Positions 47,041-59,926 of a DNA stretch of 64,000 nucleotides are shown here, piece after piece. Position 1 is the first letter of the stretch, and every line of letters starts with the position of its first letter. The stretch spans positions 93,372,001-93,436,000 of the forward strand of contig OZ024745.1 of the NCBI GenBank assembly GCA_964016885.1, written 5' to 3'. Both the position numbers and the translations under genes were made by a program. Source of the DNA: Eledone cirrhosa (taxonomy: Eukaryota). The notes beneath the pieces were generated by a model, which saw only the letters and a list, made by a program, of their open reading frames with translations, had not been told where the DNA came from and did no database searches.

Positions 47041-47530
47041 TACTCCTTTCCTTGTTCCAGCCAACAGACTGCAGCCATGATTGCACAACAAACAAAAGCA
47101 GAGCAAGCTAATTCTTGTAGTGCTATATAGAGACTGCAATATAGTTTTTGTACAGGCCCCTCTACCTAAATACTTGTTACCCTGTGGGAAAGACAATATA
47201 GTATGAATGCTTTTATTGCATCTAACTGTATTGCAGTGTTTTGGTGAGACTATTCATGCCAGTCACCAATTTGGTACTTTTCTCAAACCCACGAAGAGGT
47301 GGTATTTACTTGCTTCATCACACCTACACTCGGTTGTGAGAGTTTTCTTGGGAGCTAACAGTGTCATCCATTGCTCTGTTTCCCCTAGTAGTTTACCACT
47401 TTTGGTCTTGGGTTGCTCATTCGTCCAGCAGGAGCCCACTTAAATCACAACTAACTTTCATATCTGGTGGCCATATTGCTACCTGCCACCTGCGACCCAT
47501 TCTCTAGCAGACCAGCACTGCTGAGAAAGG

Positions 47531-47576
<46 letters not shown>

Positions 47577-48663
47577 CATCATCATCATCATCATTTTACA
47601 TCCGTGTGTTGAAAAAGATATTGTTATACTTTGGAGGGTCATACAATTAACATGCTGGGACTACGAATATTCATCAACATATGATTTGGGTTTTATTCTT
47701 CGGACTAATCTCATGGTAAGCCAACTTCCAGGTCATGGATCATCACACTTTTTTGTAACTTATCACCGATTCCTGCAGTTGATCTTAATGTGACCTAAGC
47801 GTGTGCATGTGTTCAGAATCCATATTAGTGGATGTGATCATCATCATCATCATCATCACCATTTTACGTCCGTTCTTCCATGCTAGCATGGGTTAGACGG
47901 GTTGTCCTGTTGTGGGCAGTGTCTGGTCGGCTGACCATGCCTTGCTCATACGGGAACTGATTTTGGCTTGGTTTCTACAGCTGGATGCCCTTCCTAACAC
48001 CAACCTCATTTACAGTGAGTGCTGGGTGCTTTTTTCCGTGGCGCCTACACATCCACTTTACAGTGTGGGCTGGGTGCTTTTTTGCCGTGGCACCTCCACG
48101 ACCACTTTGCAGTAGGAGGGTGTGGGGGCATATTGTCTATATGCTTCAGCTTTTACCCATGGGTGGTCGGGTACTGAAACAGTATCAACCCCATTAAGAC
48201 AAGACAATCAGCATATTTACCACACACGGTTGTCAAACCTCCCTTCACCATCCACCCCTAGCCCTTAAATCTCATACTTGTATCACCCAATTAATCTCTA
48301 ATTTATTGCTTTTTCTTTTTTCTGTCACTACATCAGACCCTCTACACGTATCTATGTATGTTTCGAATTTGACTTTTCATGTTAGCACTAAACCTACTAA
48401 AGAATCCTTATAAGAACACTTACTCACCACCACCACAAACATACTCTGTACTTACATGCTCTCACTTATCCTTATTTATTTCTTTATATTTTCCATTTTC
48501 TTATTTTCTTACTTTTTTAATGTATCTTTTCTTATCTTTTACTTTTTACATCTGTAACTTCTCTACCTATTTACCATATATGCTTTATTATTGATGTTAT
48601 TGTTTTGATTATACGCTACTCTTCTATATATATCTTGCCTCGAGCGAATTATTTTATATCTAC

Positions 48664-48774
48664 GTACTCTGATGTGTTGATCAGAGGTAAATAATGTAAT
48701 GGAGATCGAGTGACGCAACTTCAGGCGATTAGCGACCTCTAGACTCACCTGATCAATGAAACAATTGTCAATAC
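48664..48774 (+). ncRNA. Degenerate hammerhead (A9>U) with long stem II
   Basis: gtact-CTGATGT-GTTGATCAG..CTGATCAAT-GAAA-CAATTG-TC-aatac. Confidence 0.6.
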
Positions 48775-49249
48775 CTGAAATAAAGCCCCTTGTTGTACAG
48801 CCAACTATGTTACTCTTCATTCTTTCACTATTATTACTCCAAGTATAACCTGAACTCGCTGCCTAACTATGGAAACATCTTGTTGAGTCAAACAAAGCCG
48901 TACGTTAAAACTATCCACAACGCAGAGTACTCACAACCTCTAACTGGATTACCTATAACGATAACTTGTGTAGGGCTTGTAATTTATGTCTAGCTGAAAA
49001 ATTTACCATTATCTCGAATTTCAACTCTATAATAAATAGACGCACCGATTTATTTGCTCTCTGCATCCATAAATCTCTTAGGTCATTTCACTAAGTATAC
49101 AGCTAATACCCTATATCTTATTCCACGAATAAAGGTTAAACATTTTTTTTACACGTATATATATATATATTTTTATACAAATATCTTTTTACACTTTTTC
49201 TCGCATATTTCAGTATACTCTACAAAGTTTTAAACATACTATGAAGTTA

Positions 49250-52125
49250 TAAAAAAATAATAATGAAATTATTGTGTAAAGTGCTGAGGTGCACTACAAC
49301 TCGTCAAAGGTGCATGTATAGTACATAGAATAATATACAAATGTTAGGGAAGTGAATAGTGTATGAGTCATGATATATATGTGTGTATGTGTACGGAGGG
49401 GGAACATTAGGTGTAGTGTTGGCGAATCTCGGGAAGCATGGAGGTTTTAAAGGATGCAGTGTCTCGACAGCTAACAACTGATGCAGGTAGTTTGTTCCAT
49501 GCTTCTGCAACTCTGAGCGTGAAAAAATGTTTCCGAAAGTCATGGGAACTGTGCTGTTTTTGTGCGCATGTCCACGTGTGTTAGACACATGGAAATCAAA
49601 AAGGTACTCAGGGTTGTTGTTGGCAAGATGGTTAACAACTTTGTAGGTATTTACCAAGTCAGTTGCCAGGCATCGGAGCTTCAATGTATCCATGCCCAGG
49701 GAAGCAAGGCATTCAGAGTATGGTAGGTGTCTGATGGAGGGTATCTGAACAGTTTCCAGGCGGTCAATGTTCTGAGTAAGATAGGGGTTCCAGATTGGTG
49801 ATGCAAATTCTAAATGTGGCCGCACCATAGCCATGTACAGCCTTAAATAGATAGCTGGAGAGTGGCTGACAAAAAAGTCTTGCTGAGTGATGTTAAGACA
49901 CCCTCAGCCCTCTTGACAATTTTAGAGATGTGCTTCGTCCACCGCAAATCGCTGCTGACCGTAATACCCAGGCCACGTTCACAAGAAGACTTCTTGATAT
50001 TAGTGCTGTGGAGGGAGTATGTGGACGCTGGATTTTTACTCCCAAAATGCATGGTGGTGCACTTGTCCACAGCTAGCTTGAGTTGCCAGTCTGAGATCCA
50101 TTGTTGCATTGTGTCCAGGTCAGACTGCAAGCAAGATCTATAGTGTTCAGGATCTGTCCTTTTTATCTCAAGGTACAGCTTGATGTCATCTGCGTACTTT
50201 AGTACTGTGGCATTCTTTAAGTTGGCATCTATGTCATTAATATATGCCACAAACAAAAGGGGGCCAAGAACAGATCCCTGTGGTACACCAGATGACATCT
50301 CATATGGTGAGGAATGCTGTCCCAGAACCGTGACTACCTCCCTTCGACTGAGAATGAAGGACTTCAACCAGTTAAAAAGATCATCCTTCACACCCATTGC
50401 AGAGAGTTTTGCCATAAGCCTTTTGTGTGGCACAGAATTGAAAGCTTTCGCAAAGTCAAGGTAAACAACATCCACCCATGAGACGCCATCAGTGATCCGG
50501 GTGATGTCTTCAAGAAACTCGATAAGTTGATCACAGCAGCTGGAGTTGGGGATAAATCCAAATTGCGAGGGCCGGATAAGACTGTGAGAGTTCCAGAAGT
50601 TCCAAAGTGTTTCTCTGACACAGGATTCCATCAGTTTGGCAATGCAACTAGTAAGACTGACTGGACGATAGTTCACAGGTGATGTGCGGTCACCCTTTTT
50701 GAACAGAGGAATGACACTGTTCTGGAGTAGCACCGTTGTTCAGACAGAATTGGAAGAAGCATGATAGCTGGTGCAGAAGGAAGTACCCACCACGTTTAAG
50801 AAGCAGGCACGTAACACCATCAAGTCCAGGAGAGGCATGGTTGCGTTTATTTTTTAAATGACGTCGCAGCATTGCAGGTGTAAATTCCATGGTTGTAATA
50901 GAGTCCAGTGTCATAGGTGGTGGAGACGGTACAGTCTGGTCTTCAATAGTGAAAATGCCTGCATAGCATTCAGCAATGAGCTCTGTGCATTCCTTGGGGT
51001 CGTCAGTAACCTGGCTTGTGTGGGGATTGTGAAGAGGACCAACTGGAGAGTGAGGCCTCTGCTTTGAGTGAACATACTTCCAGAACACCTTAGTGTCAGG
51101 GCTGGTTGCTATGCGCTGCTCAAATTGAACCACTGCCTTTTTTGTCACCTGTTTGAGGTGGTTGGACGATTTATTTCGCCTCTTCCTATTGATGTCTGAT
51201 TTGTGCAGTTTGTACTCACGTTCAGCTTTGCGACGTTCTTTTCTGGCAAGACGGACTGCTGCAGTCTCCCAAATTGCACTTTTGGGATGTTTTTTCCGCT
51301 TACGTGGCACCGATGCTGCACATGCTGTCCATATTGAGCTCAGGATATTCTGGAGTACAGTGTTGACATCTCCAGAGTCGTAGAACTCAAGCCAGTTTGG
51401 ACGTTGCAGCTCGGTGCAGTAACAGTTCCAGTCTGCTTTATTCCAGTCAAAGTGAGCAGTTTGGAGATGGTTGTGGTTCTTGTTACTGCTCATGAGGGAT
51501 AGATTGGCAATGATCATAGCATGATCAGAGTCACCTAAAGGTTCCTCAGCAGTAACACTAATGACCGTTTCAGGAGTAGTGGTGAAGAGTAGGTCCAAAG
51601 TGTTGTCACCTCTTGTTGGGGAGGTGACTACTTGGGACCAATTCGAGTCCAGCACTAGCTCAAGGAAGTCATTTGCCCTTGGCGGCCAACGAAAGGTTTC
51701 CCAGTCAATCTCAGGGTGATTGAAGTACCCTGCAATAAAAACATATGTGGCTGTTTTCCTGGCAGCAGCTCTGAGGATATCACAAAGTTGAGTGTCCTGA
51801 TGGTAATTTGGGGGACGGTAAACGACTCCAAGTAGCAGTGTTGACATGGTCATACGTATATCGCAGAAAAAAAACTTCCTGCAAATCAACACAAGGAATT
51901 GCCGACAAATTTGACCGAACGTAGACCATTACACCACCACCATGACGATTAATGCGGTCTTTACGAAACAGGTTGTAGCCAGTTATGCTGAAAACCCCAT
52001 CACAGAGTAAGGGATGTGCCCAAGTTTCCGTGGCTGTAATGAAGTCGGGGTTGATACTTTTGACGTAGGAGTCAAAAAGATGAATCTTATTGCATAGACT
52101 ACGTGCATTCAAGGACAACAATTTG
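49250..52125 (-). mobile_element. CR1-group LINE, near-complete frameshifted ORF2 (APE plus RT)
   Basis: LNARSL, TETW, GGGV, YRPP, SDH, NYRPVSLTS, YLDFAKAF, GVPQGSVLGP, YADD, RPHLEFASPIW. Confidence 0.93.
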
Positions 52126-53381
52126 TACCTTGATTCCAGTATATGATTATGTGCAGGGGATGGCAGGTTGTTCTGATTTAGTTTCCCAGTTTTTTTTCAG
52201 TTTTTTTATTGTCAGTTGTTGTGGGTACAGTGTTTTCAGACCAGCTGGTATCTCTTTTCCATGTTTCACCAGCCTTAACAAACTTCCATATCTGCCCATC
52301 ATTATATGTTCTTCAAATCCCGCTGAGGTTAACTTTGCCTTTCATCCTTACGGGGTCGATAAAATAAAGTACCAGTAATGCACTGAGATATTTACTGGCC
52401 TAGTGCCAAAAGTAGAAACAATTATATGTTCTTCTACGCTTTAAATCACTCTAGCAAATTCCTTTATCTACTTGGTGATACAAAATATTATTTAAATAGT
52501 TCATATTTAATGTTTCTTTATTTTCTTTCTTCTCAATATTTTTAAACCGCTCACTTTTCCTCCTTTATCACATCATATTTCTTCGTAGATTTTGTAAACA
52601 AATTATGACGTCATATGTCTTCTTCTTGGGTTTTTTCTTCGCTTTTTTCTACGCTTAAATTATTTTGACATTTTCCTTTATTTACTTGTGGATTAAATTA
52701 ATATTTAAATAGTTTTCCCACGTATATAATTTTTTTTATATATAACCTATAATTTTTAATAGTAAACTTTTAATTTTTGACATGGTTTGACTACTCTTAT
52801 TTATTTTCTTCTATACATATATATATTTTTTCACATAAATATCTTCACACATTTTTCAATTACATTCTATTTAAACAAACTATGACATTATTTTGTAATT
52901 GGGTAATTGCTGGCCTTGTGCCTAAAGTAGAAACAATTATTTTGTCTTCTACGCTTATAAATCACTTAATTTTATTTTACTTTATTTTATTTTATTTTAT
53001 TTTAATAATACATTTTCACACCTCTTAATAAATTTTTAGTATATAAAATCTAAATAAATAATATACCTAGTTTCTATATCTGTAATCATAAACCTCATCA
53101 ATTTATTAATTTATTTATTTCGTAGCCGTATATATTTTTCAGCCGTTATTCACAGCTGTTTTTTTCAGTTTTGACAGCGTTTCTCGTTTAAAAGTCTCTA
53201 TCTCTCTCCTTTCTCTCTCCTCCTTCCTTCTTAAACCTTTCCTCCTATATCTTCTCCTTCTTTTTCCTTTTCCCCCTTCCTTCCGTTTTCCAATCTTCTC
53301 TCTCCTTTTATATTTTTATCATATGTTGACTGACACTTTCTTGTTCACAAGTGTTTTTTTAGGCATCATATCATGCTACCT

Positions 53382-53452
53382 TATTTTATCTGATGAGAAC
53401 GCAACTATCGTCCCAGGATGATATTTGTTTTTGAAATGCCCATAATAAAATA
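53382..53452 (+). ncRNA. Hammerhead ribozyme
   Basis: tattttat-CTGATGA-stem II (TATCGTCC/GGATGATA)-GAAA-tgccca-TA-ataaaata; follows a CT-rich PLE-like 3' UTR. Confidence 0.8.
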
Positions 53453-53488
53453 TATGGAACTTTTTTAACGATCTTTTAATTTCTTCTT

Positions 53489-53556
<68 letters not shown>

Positions 53557-53652
53557 TTCGGTGCACCCGGCCGATTAACCCACTCGATATGCAAATTGGG
53601 CTACTCAGCCGTTAATATGCATATATACGTTCAACAATTGGCAGGAAGGTAT

Positions 53653-53695
53653 ACGTTGCTGACGATAGCTAACAAGCTTGAAACTAGTACAGCGT
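53653..53695 (+). ncRNA. Minimal hammerhead ribozyme
   Basis: acgttg-CTGACGA-tAGCT aaca AGCTt-GAAA-CTAG-TA-cagcgt; palindromic ACTAGT. Confidence 0.88.
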
Positions 53696-53970
53696 TCCTT
53701 TGTCAGTGTTGAACAAACGAGCAACGGTGGTTGCTAGACGCTACGGCTTAATACGGGATGTTTGTTTACAAACACACCGAGCATTATAATAAATGTTTGG
53801 TGAATCCATACGTGCATATATATATATGTGCATGTATGTATATATATATATATATATATATATACATACTACTGTACGTCTGTATACATATATGTATGTA
53901 CGTGTACATACTTATATTTAAGTAACAGCCGTACTAAGAGTGGGAAATGAAATATCGTTTCATTTTTTCC

Positions 53971-54029
<59 letters not shown>

Positions 54030-54067
54030 AGGAGGTTATAGTTCACTTGAAGCATTGTGTAATGAGG

Positions 54068-55256
54068 TATAAACGTTTGTATATGTATAATAAAGCCAAA
54101 ACAATGCAGGTATGGACATAGAATAAAGAATGCAAATGCAAAAGATATTGTTGACAATTAGTCTTTTACCTTAGATTTATTTAAATGTCCTAAATTTTCG
54201 AGATAATATCTCTTCTTCAGAGGGAAGTAAAGTTGTCGAACCAGTGTTCTAAATAGCTTGCCAAGTCATGCTGACAGGAAATGGTATAGAGTATCTGTTC
54301 TATCTCTAATGTCGAAGAGTTAAGATTAGGTGGATAAAGAGTAGTCTCCCTTTAAGAGAGGTTTGTTTTTTTGTTTTTTTTTGTTTTTTTATACATGCCT
54401 GTTTAAGTGTGTGGGAGAATGCATGAAGGTGTAAGTATGTGAGTGTGTGTGTGAGTGTGAGAAGATATGTCTATACGTAAATGTGGGGGATAGATGTTAT
54501 CTCGTGTTAGAACTGGTTTTGTGTGTGTATGTGTGAGAGAGAATAAGTGGAGGTGTAAGCGTGTGTGTGTGTGTGTGTGTGTGTGCGTGCGTGCGTGTGT
54601 GTGAGTGGGGGGGGGGGGGTGTAAATATGGGGCTGGGAGCTCTATCAAGTTATAAATTGGGTGTTGAGTTTTAGTCTATTATTAATTGGTGGTTGTGTTT
54701 TGTCTATAATTAGTGCTTCCTTAATTCTAAGATTGCCGAGGTTTCTTTCCTTAGTTTCTATCCTAACTGTTATGGTTTTGTCGGTGTTTTTGCATTTAAC
54801 TAGGTGTTTCTTAAATGAGGAAGCGTTAGTATTGAGGTGTTCTTTTATTCTTATGTGGAGTGGTCTGGTGGTGCTACCTACGTAGAAGTTGTTGCATTTG
54901 TTACACTCTAGTCTGTATACGACGTAAGCCTGGTGGCATAGGTCTGTGTCGTTGATGGGGCAGTTGGCTAGCCTGCAGCAGGTGTCATGTCTGGTGGAGT
55001 GTCTTTTGGTTACCTGACCGCGTAGAGATAGAACAGATACTCTATACCATTTCCTGTCAGCATGACTTGGCAAGCTATTTAGAACACTGGTTCGACAAGT
55101 TTAATTCCCTCTGAAGAAGAGATATTATCTCGAAAATTTAGGACATTTAAATAAATCTAAGGTAAAAGACTAATTGTCAACAATATCTTTTGCATTTGCA
55201 TTCTTTATTCTATGTCCATACCTGCATTGTTTTGGCTTTATTATACATATACAAAC

Positions 55257-55263
<7 letters not shown>
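54068..55263 (-). mobile_element. 5'-truncated Penelope element: GIY-YIG (54645-55020) between 241-bp inverted pLTRs with hammerheads at 54188-54225 (-) and 55107-55142 (+)
   Basis: VVYRLECNKC..FYVGSTTRPLHIRIKEH..KEALII..N; ccct-CTGAAGA-aGAGATAtTATCTC-GAAA-at-TT-agg. Confidence 0.92.
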
Positions 55264-55297
<34 letters not shown>

Positions 55298-55337
55298 TAC
55301 AAATATTAATAAAATAGATGTTCTTTTGATCAATTAC

Positions 55338-55390
55338 ATTTTATTATACATATTTCGGATGTACAAGAGTACGTCCTCATCAGACAAAAT
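55338..55390 (-). ncRNA. Hammerhead ribozyme in 3' pLTR
   Basis: rc: attttgt-CTGATGA-GGAcGTAC tctt GTACaTCC-GAAA-tatgta-TA-ataaaat. Confidence 0.88.
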
Positions 55391-56313
55391 ATAATGATAC
55401 ATGACATACCCTGGGATGTTAAATGGTTAAGATTTAATCAAAGTAGTGATTAACCCAAGAGAAAATTCAACATTTATAGCCTAATAATGAGAAAATGCGA
55501 AAACGTAAAAAATTCAATAGAGAATGTGTGAGTAAGAAAAACGTTGGTTAATGTGACAGCTAGGATACTACAAGTTATGTTTATCTAGGAAAACATCTCA
55601 TGAATTATAACAGTCAATGAGAGCCGCTGAAAGGGGATTTAGAGAGAGGGAAAGATAAGGGGGGGGGGGGGGGGTAATATATGCAGAAAGAGATTTTTTC
55701 CAAAAGCTAAACAGTTAAGTTTCAAAATATTTAATTTATGTTATTTTAGGGTGAAGAATCAAAATTTTAGGGTTTTTTTAAAAGTTGCTGGTTATTTATA
55801 TTTATTAGTTTTATAAATTCTATAAGTGTGTTAACATTTCTAAACTTCTGAATTTTTTGAGGATAATATTTAAAGGATTTATCTGGCCAGCTGGAAAATT
55901 TACACTGTTGAATATTTTCCTAAATGTAAACTTTAATGAAGATAATCTATAAAAATGTCAACATTTTCAGTATGTAAAGCTTATGAAGTACTTATTGTTA
56001 GAAATATTTAAATAACGATTATGTATATAGATATATATTAATGAGCCAGTATATTTTAGGTAAATGATAACGAATATAAAATAATAGATTGAAGCATACT
56101 TAAGTTAAATATATACCTATATATAACAGGGTGTAAATGCATGAATTATTCATAGTTCAAAATAAATAATAATCTAGAAATTTAGAAGTTATCTAAAAAT
56201 TATGTATAGAGAGATACAAGGAGGTATATATAGATATATATTAGGTATTAGTGATACAGTATACTTTAGGTAAATGATAACGATTATAATGGATTTCGAC
56301 GTGTTACAGTTAA

Positions 56314-56376
<63 letters not shown>

Positions 56377-59296
56377 AAAAACAATAATAAATGCATGGAT
56401 AATTCAGAGTTCAAAATAAGGTCCATAATAATTTATAGTTTGGATATTTGCTCTCTATTTGAATCATGGATATAAAAATACGGTAGGTATATTTAAAAAC
56501 TTACAAAAGATAATTACATACATATTAAAATAAGAAATCGAAAATGTAAACACATGAAAGATTCACAGTTAAAAATAATTTTCGTAAAAATATAAGGGTT
56601 GGATATTTAAACTAAAATTTAAAATTTAGATAGGAAAATAAAGATAGAGAAATAATGGTAATAATATTACGTTATGTATATCAATGTGCCGGCGTGTTAT
56701 TGAACAAGTGTCATTTCTTCTATATATAGTTATAAGATAATGCAATATTAAAGGCCATTAATGTTTTTCCCTGTTGATTATATACGTCTGAAAACCAAGT
56801 TTTTAATGGTTTAGTGTTTCTCTCTCTTTTTTTCTAGTTTTGTGGGAGGCTAAAAATGTGGACGTAGCTTTATGAAGGCAACTAGAGAATAATTCACTTT
56901 TTTTGTTAATTAGGGTCTCATAGTTATTAATAATCAACAGGGTCTCCATTGTACAGAGCGCGCAGTTATTTGATATACTGGAGTTGCGGTAAACTCCACA
57001 ATTCCGAAGTTTTGTCCAAAGAATGGAGTATTTTAAATTCCTCTCTTTTAATGACCATATGAGCTGTGATAAAGAAGTGGATGATTTCCTCTTGGAGTTC
57101 GAGAATGAGCATTTATGGTTCGCAAATCTGGCTTTGAATGTAGAAGAAGTCGATCCTATGTAGTTGTATGTGTTGTGATCAGTTTTTACGGTGCATTTAT
57201 AAACCAAATTACTATCTAGACAATTATTTTGCAAAGGGCAGTCAGTTTTATTTCTACAATTACATTTTGGTTTAGTATAATTTATGTTAACTCTATTATT
57301 ATTATTATTATTATTAAGATCATTATGTTGGTTTTGTTTTAGGATTTTAGTGTTTAATTTGGCAATGTTTTGGGCCATGTTCATAGTTGTAGAATACGAG
57401 AATTTAATGGTGTGTCTATTAAAAATGGAATGGTATTTATGTTGAATAGGGAAAGAGGTGTCCAAAGCGTTAAAGAATCATTTTGTAATTGGTGTTCTAA
57501 CTGCGACCGAAGCAGGAGAGGGGGGCGAACCATATAACTGATTTAGTTCTAGTTCTTATCCTCGATTTATTTGGAGTATGGGTGTTTGAATTATAATTAT
57601 TAGAGTTTCTCTTATATATGTTATTATTTTTATCAAGATTAATACTTGGATTATTATTATCTACATATTCTATATTATTCACATATCCTGCTCTTTTTAA
57701 CGCGTTGTTGTAGTATTCAACGTTTTCATCAAATATAGCTTTATTGGCTGATATTTTATTAATTCGTTTTTGCACACTATTTACTATAGCTTTTTTTTTT
57801 ACAGATTTAGGGTGATTGGAATGGTTACTAACATAGTTTAAGTTTTCATTGGGCTTATGGAAAGGGTAATAGAAGCCAGTGTTTAAGTTAAACGTAACGT
57901 CTAGGAAATTAACTATTTTGGTACCATTTTCTACTTCTAACTTAAGGTCGTACATTTTAAAGAATTCTATTATACTTTTCTTTACTCTATTTAGTTCTAT
58001 ATTGTTGTGTTTGACCACCGTAAATAAAATGTCGTCCCTATATAAACCACTGGTAATCTCCGGCAGTTTTCTATTTATCATATTTAATATGAAAATTCCC
58101 AGATCTGTGATTTGTGCGGAATCGGATGCCCCCATAGTGATATCAAAGTTTCTATCTCTATCTGAGCGGGTCCAATATTCATTGTTGAAGTTAATAAGAG
58201 TTCTTCTGGCTGTTAAAATTATATCTATTTCATCCGTGGTTAGATCAGTATGTTTATAAGCACATGAAAGAGCCTTATTTAGAAGGTTAGGTGTTATGGA
58301 AGAATAGTAGCTAGTAATGTCCATCTGGATGAATTTATGATTTTTCTTATCATCTATATTCGTGTACCATTCTATGACTTCGTTTGTATCTTTCCATAAG
58401 CTCAAGTTAGATTTCAATTTAAGAGTGGGTAATATTCTATCTATGATGTTTTTACTGATTACTCCAATATCCGATTTGGATGGAGCAATCAATCTAACTG
58501 GCATATCTTCCTCGAAGTTTCTTTTGTGATCCTTCAAGTTAATCCTCGGCTGCCTAGGTATAAATGGCTCGGTTCTTCCTTCTATTCCTAAATTGGTAAT
58601 TAATTTGTAGGCTTCTTCATTAATTTCAGTAAGATCATCAGCCGGGGCTTTTTTGTAATTTTTCCTAAGTTCCTTTAAAACAAGTTGTTATATTCATCTT
58701 TGTTTATCCCATATAAATTATTAGTTTTGTCCGATTTAACCAATACTTTGTTAACATTTTTTATTTTCGTGATTTTTTCTTTTAGAGTTCTAAGGTATTG
58801 GTGACCTATATATGGGTTTTTCCTAAATTTAATATTTTTGATTATACCGAGCATTTCTGTTTCAAAAACCTCCAGAAGTTTGTTGTATGGAGGATTCTTT
58901 CTTGATTTAAATAAAGATTCAAAATGATTGTTGATGGTTTTTCTTTCAGCATCTTTATTTTCGAAATGAAATGCTCTCCATCTCAATCTTCTAATAAAAG
59001 AGTTTGTCTGTTCGATAGTTTTCCTTATCTATTCTTCATTTGAAGGTATTGGTATATCCTTGAGGGATGTCGGGAAGGTTACGAAATCCACATTTATTGA
59101 ATATGCAATCTATTGTATAGAAAAGCGCTCAACCAGTTGGGAGCAGTATATATTAAAGAGTTAAACAAGATTGAATGAGTATATCAGAGAATGAGTTTTA
59201 CAGTAGATTGGAAGCACGCTACGGTAAATAATTTTCCAGAGTTATTAATATTAAAATACAAATATTAATAAAATAGATGTTCTTTTGATCAATTAC

Positions 59297-59349
59297 ATTT
59301 TATTATACATATTTCGGATGTACAACAGTACGCCCTCATCAGACAAAAT
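59297..59349 (-). ncRNA. Hammerhead ribozyme in 5' pLTR
   Basis: Copy of 55338-55390 with few substitutions in stem/loop II. Confidence 0.87.
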
Positions 59350-59691
59350 ATAATGATACATGACATACCCTGTTTAACTCTTTAATATATATATATTTAA
59401 TGTATAATATAATTTATACATTAAATATTTAGCCCTGTAACTTACATAGAGCACTCTTCATTCCTCTGACTTTTTTAACGGAAACTTCAACACACACACA
59501 GACACATACACATATATATAAATATATGGATTGTTGGATATATATATATGTGGATTATTGGTTGGTTAGTTCCACAACCGGACGGTTGTTCCTATATTGT
59601 CAAAGTTCTTTGACATATATATATATGTGACACAACACACACAAAAACAAGATACAAAGGAGAGGCACAAAAACAAAGAAAAAAATCCCCA

Positions 59692-59734
59692 GTCACTGAA
59701 GAGGTCATAGTATGTGTGACGAAAGAACTTTGAC
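59692..59734 (+). ncRNA. Hammerhead ribozyme in partial fold-back 59559-59886
   Basis: gtca-CTGAAGA-g-GTCATA gtatg TGTGAC-GAAA-gaac-TT-tgac; same family as 34092-34545. Confidence 0.87.
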
Positions 59735-59881
59735 AATATATGAACAACCGTCCGGTTGTGGAACCAACCAACCAACCGGAATTTTATAAATTCTTAAATT
59801 TATAAATTTAATTTATAATAAATTGGAGTGAAAGCAACTGGTGCGTGTGTTTCTTATTGGCAACATGACCCTCCCAAAGCA

Positions 59882-59923
<42 letters not shown>

Positions 59924-59926
<3 letters not shown>

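Larger units (their letters stand above)
55291..59372 (-). mobile_element. Near full-length Naiad-type Penelope-like element with direct pLTRs; ORF about 59094-56803 broken by few lesions
   Basis: SLKDIPIPS..RLRWRAFHF, KSDKT, MDITSYY, TMGASDSAQ, GLYRDD, NFLDVT, CNC..CPL..YIGST..CALC; 123-bp direct repeats 55291-55413 and 59250-59372. Confidence 0.93.
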
